Part shown: positions 23,846-24,000 of the stretch, piece by piece
Layout: each line of letters opens with the position of its first letter
Position numbering within the stretch: position 1 is the first letter of the stretch
Origin: Vagococcus salmoninarum
Lineage (GTDB): Bacteria > Bacillota > Bacilli > Lactobacillales > Vagococcaceae
Direction: 5' to 3'
Assembly (NCBI RefSeq): GCF_003987495.1
Contig: NZ_NGJU01000009.1
Location: 38,600 to 62,599, forward strand
DNA: 24,000 nt
Translations under genes and position numbers: made by a program
Notes under the pieces: model-generated
Told to the model about the DNA's origin: nothing
The model's input: the letters and a program-made list of their open reading frames with translations, nothing else
Databases searched by the model: none

Positions 23846-24000
23846 TGTTGGTCACCTTCCTCTTTCGGAGTAATTTTGTGGGAGTAATCTATGAAAGTTG
23901 CAATTAGCTCAACTAACTTCTTCGTATCTGTTTCTCCCATTAAGTTAAAAATTTTGATCATCTTGTCATGCATCTCTTTTTTCTCTGATTTGGCAACTTC
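23842..24000 (-). CDS. 3' end of a small regulator gene (possibly MarR family), truncated by the window edge
   Basis: Open frame from the window edge: ...EVAKSEKKEMHDKMIKIFNLMGETDTKKLVELIATFIDYSHKITPKEEGDQQ*. Its TGA overlaps the GTG start of the ABC gene (GTGA). The helical C-terminus and the position upstream of an exporter suggest MarR-like, but the DNA-binding domain is off-window. Confidence 0.45.
   Translation of the reverse strand, partial: EVAKSEKKEMHDKMIKIFNLMGETDTKKLVELIATFIDYSHKITPKEEGDQQ

Noticed and set aside
1-24000. Searched by eye for CRISPR repeats, IS/transposon ends, integrases, tRNA/rRNA, toxin-antitoxin pairs and known defence-system gene combinations
   Set aside because: I saw no periodic repeat-spacer structure, no transposase or recombinase-like ORFs, no cloverleaf-like conserved tRNA segments, and no NTPase/nuclease-type defence architectures. 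The window looks like core or accessory metabolism rather than a mobile or defence island.

Overview
Low-GC, Firmicutes-type (probably Lactobacillales-like) chromosomal segment. 22 of 24 genes are on the minus strand. I saw no rRNA, tRNA, CRISPR array, transposase, integrase or phage genes. From low to high coordinates: (1) part of an ascorbate-type PTS operon (ulaG, EIIA, EIIC, continuing off-window) with a divergent DeoR regulator. (2) An M42 aminopeptidase plus an orphan OppA-like lipoprotein. (3) A DsrE-like + DUF2200 pair. (4) The standout: a complete, tightly packed homologue of the E. coli php/yhfSTUVWXYZ cluster (YhfU, YhfT, Php, YhfS, YhfZ, YhfY, YhfX, YhfW), followed by a compact amidase-signature-like gene. 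To my knowledge this conserved enzyme/transporter/regulator set has no assigned substrate or pathway. (5) An internally duplicated coiled-coil protein, an HdeD/DUF308 gene broken at an A10 tract, and an M20 deacylase. (6) A TetR regulator convergent with a heterodimeric ABC exporter pair. One half of the pair carries a ~215-aa insertion in its first extracellular loop. A regulator gene fragment overlaps its start (GTGA). All family calls come from reading the translations and recalled motifs. No database search was run.
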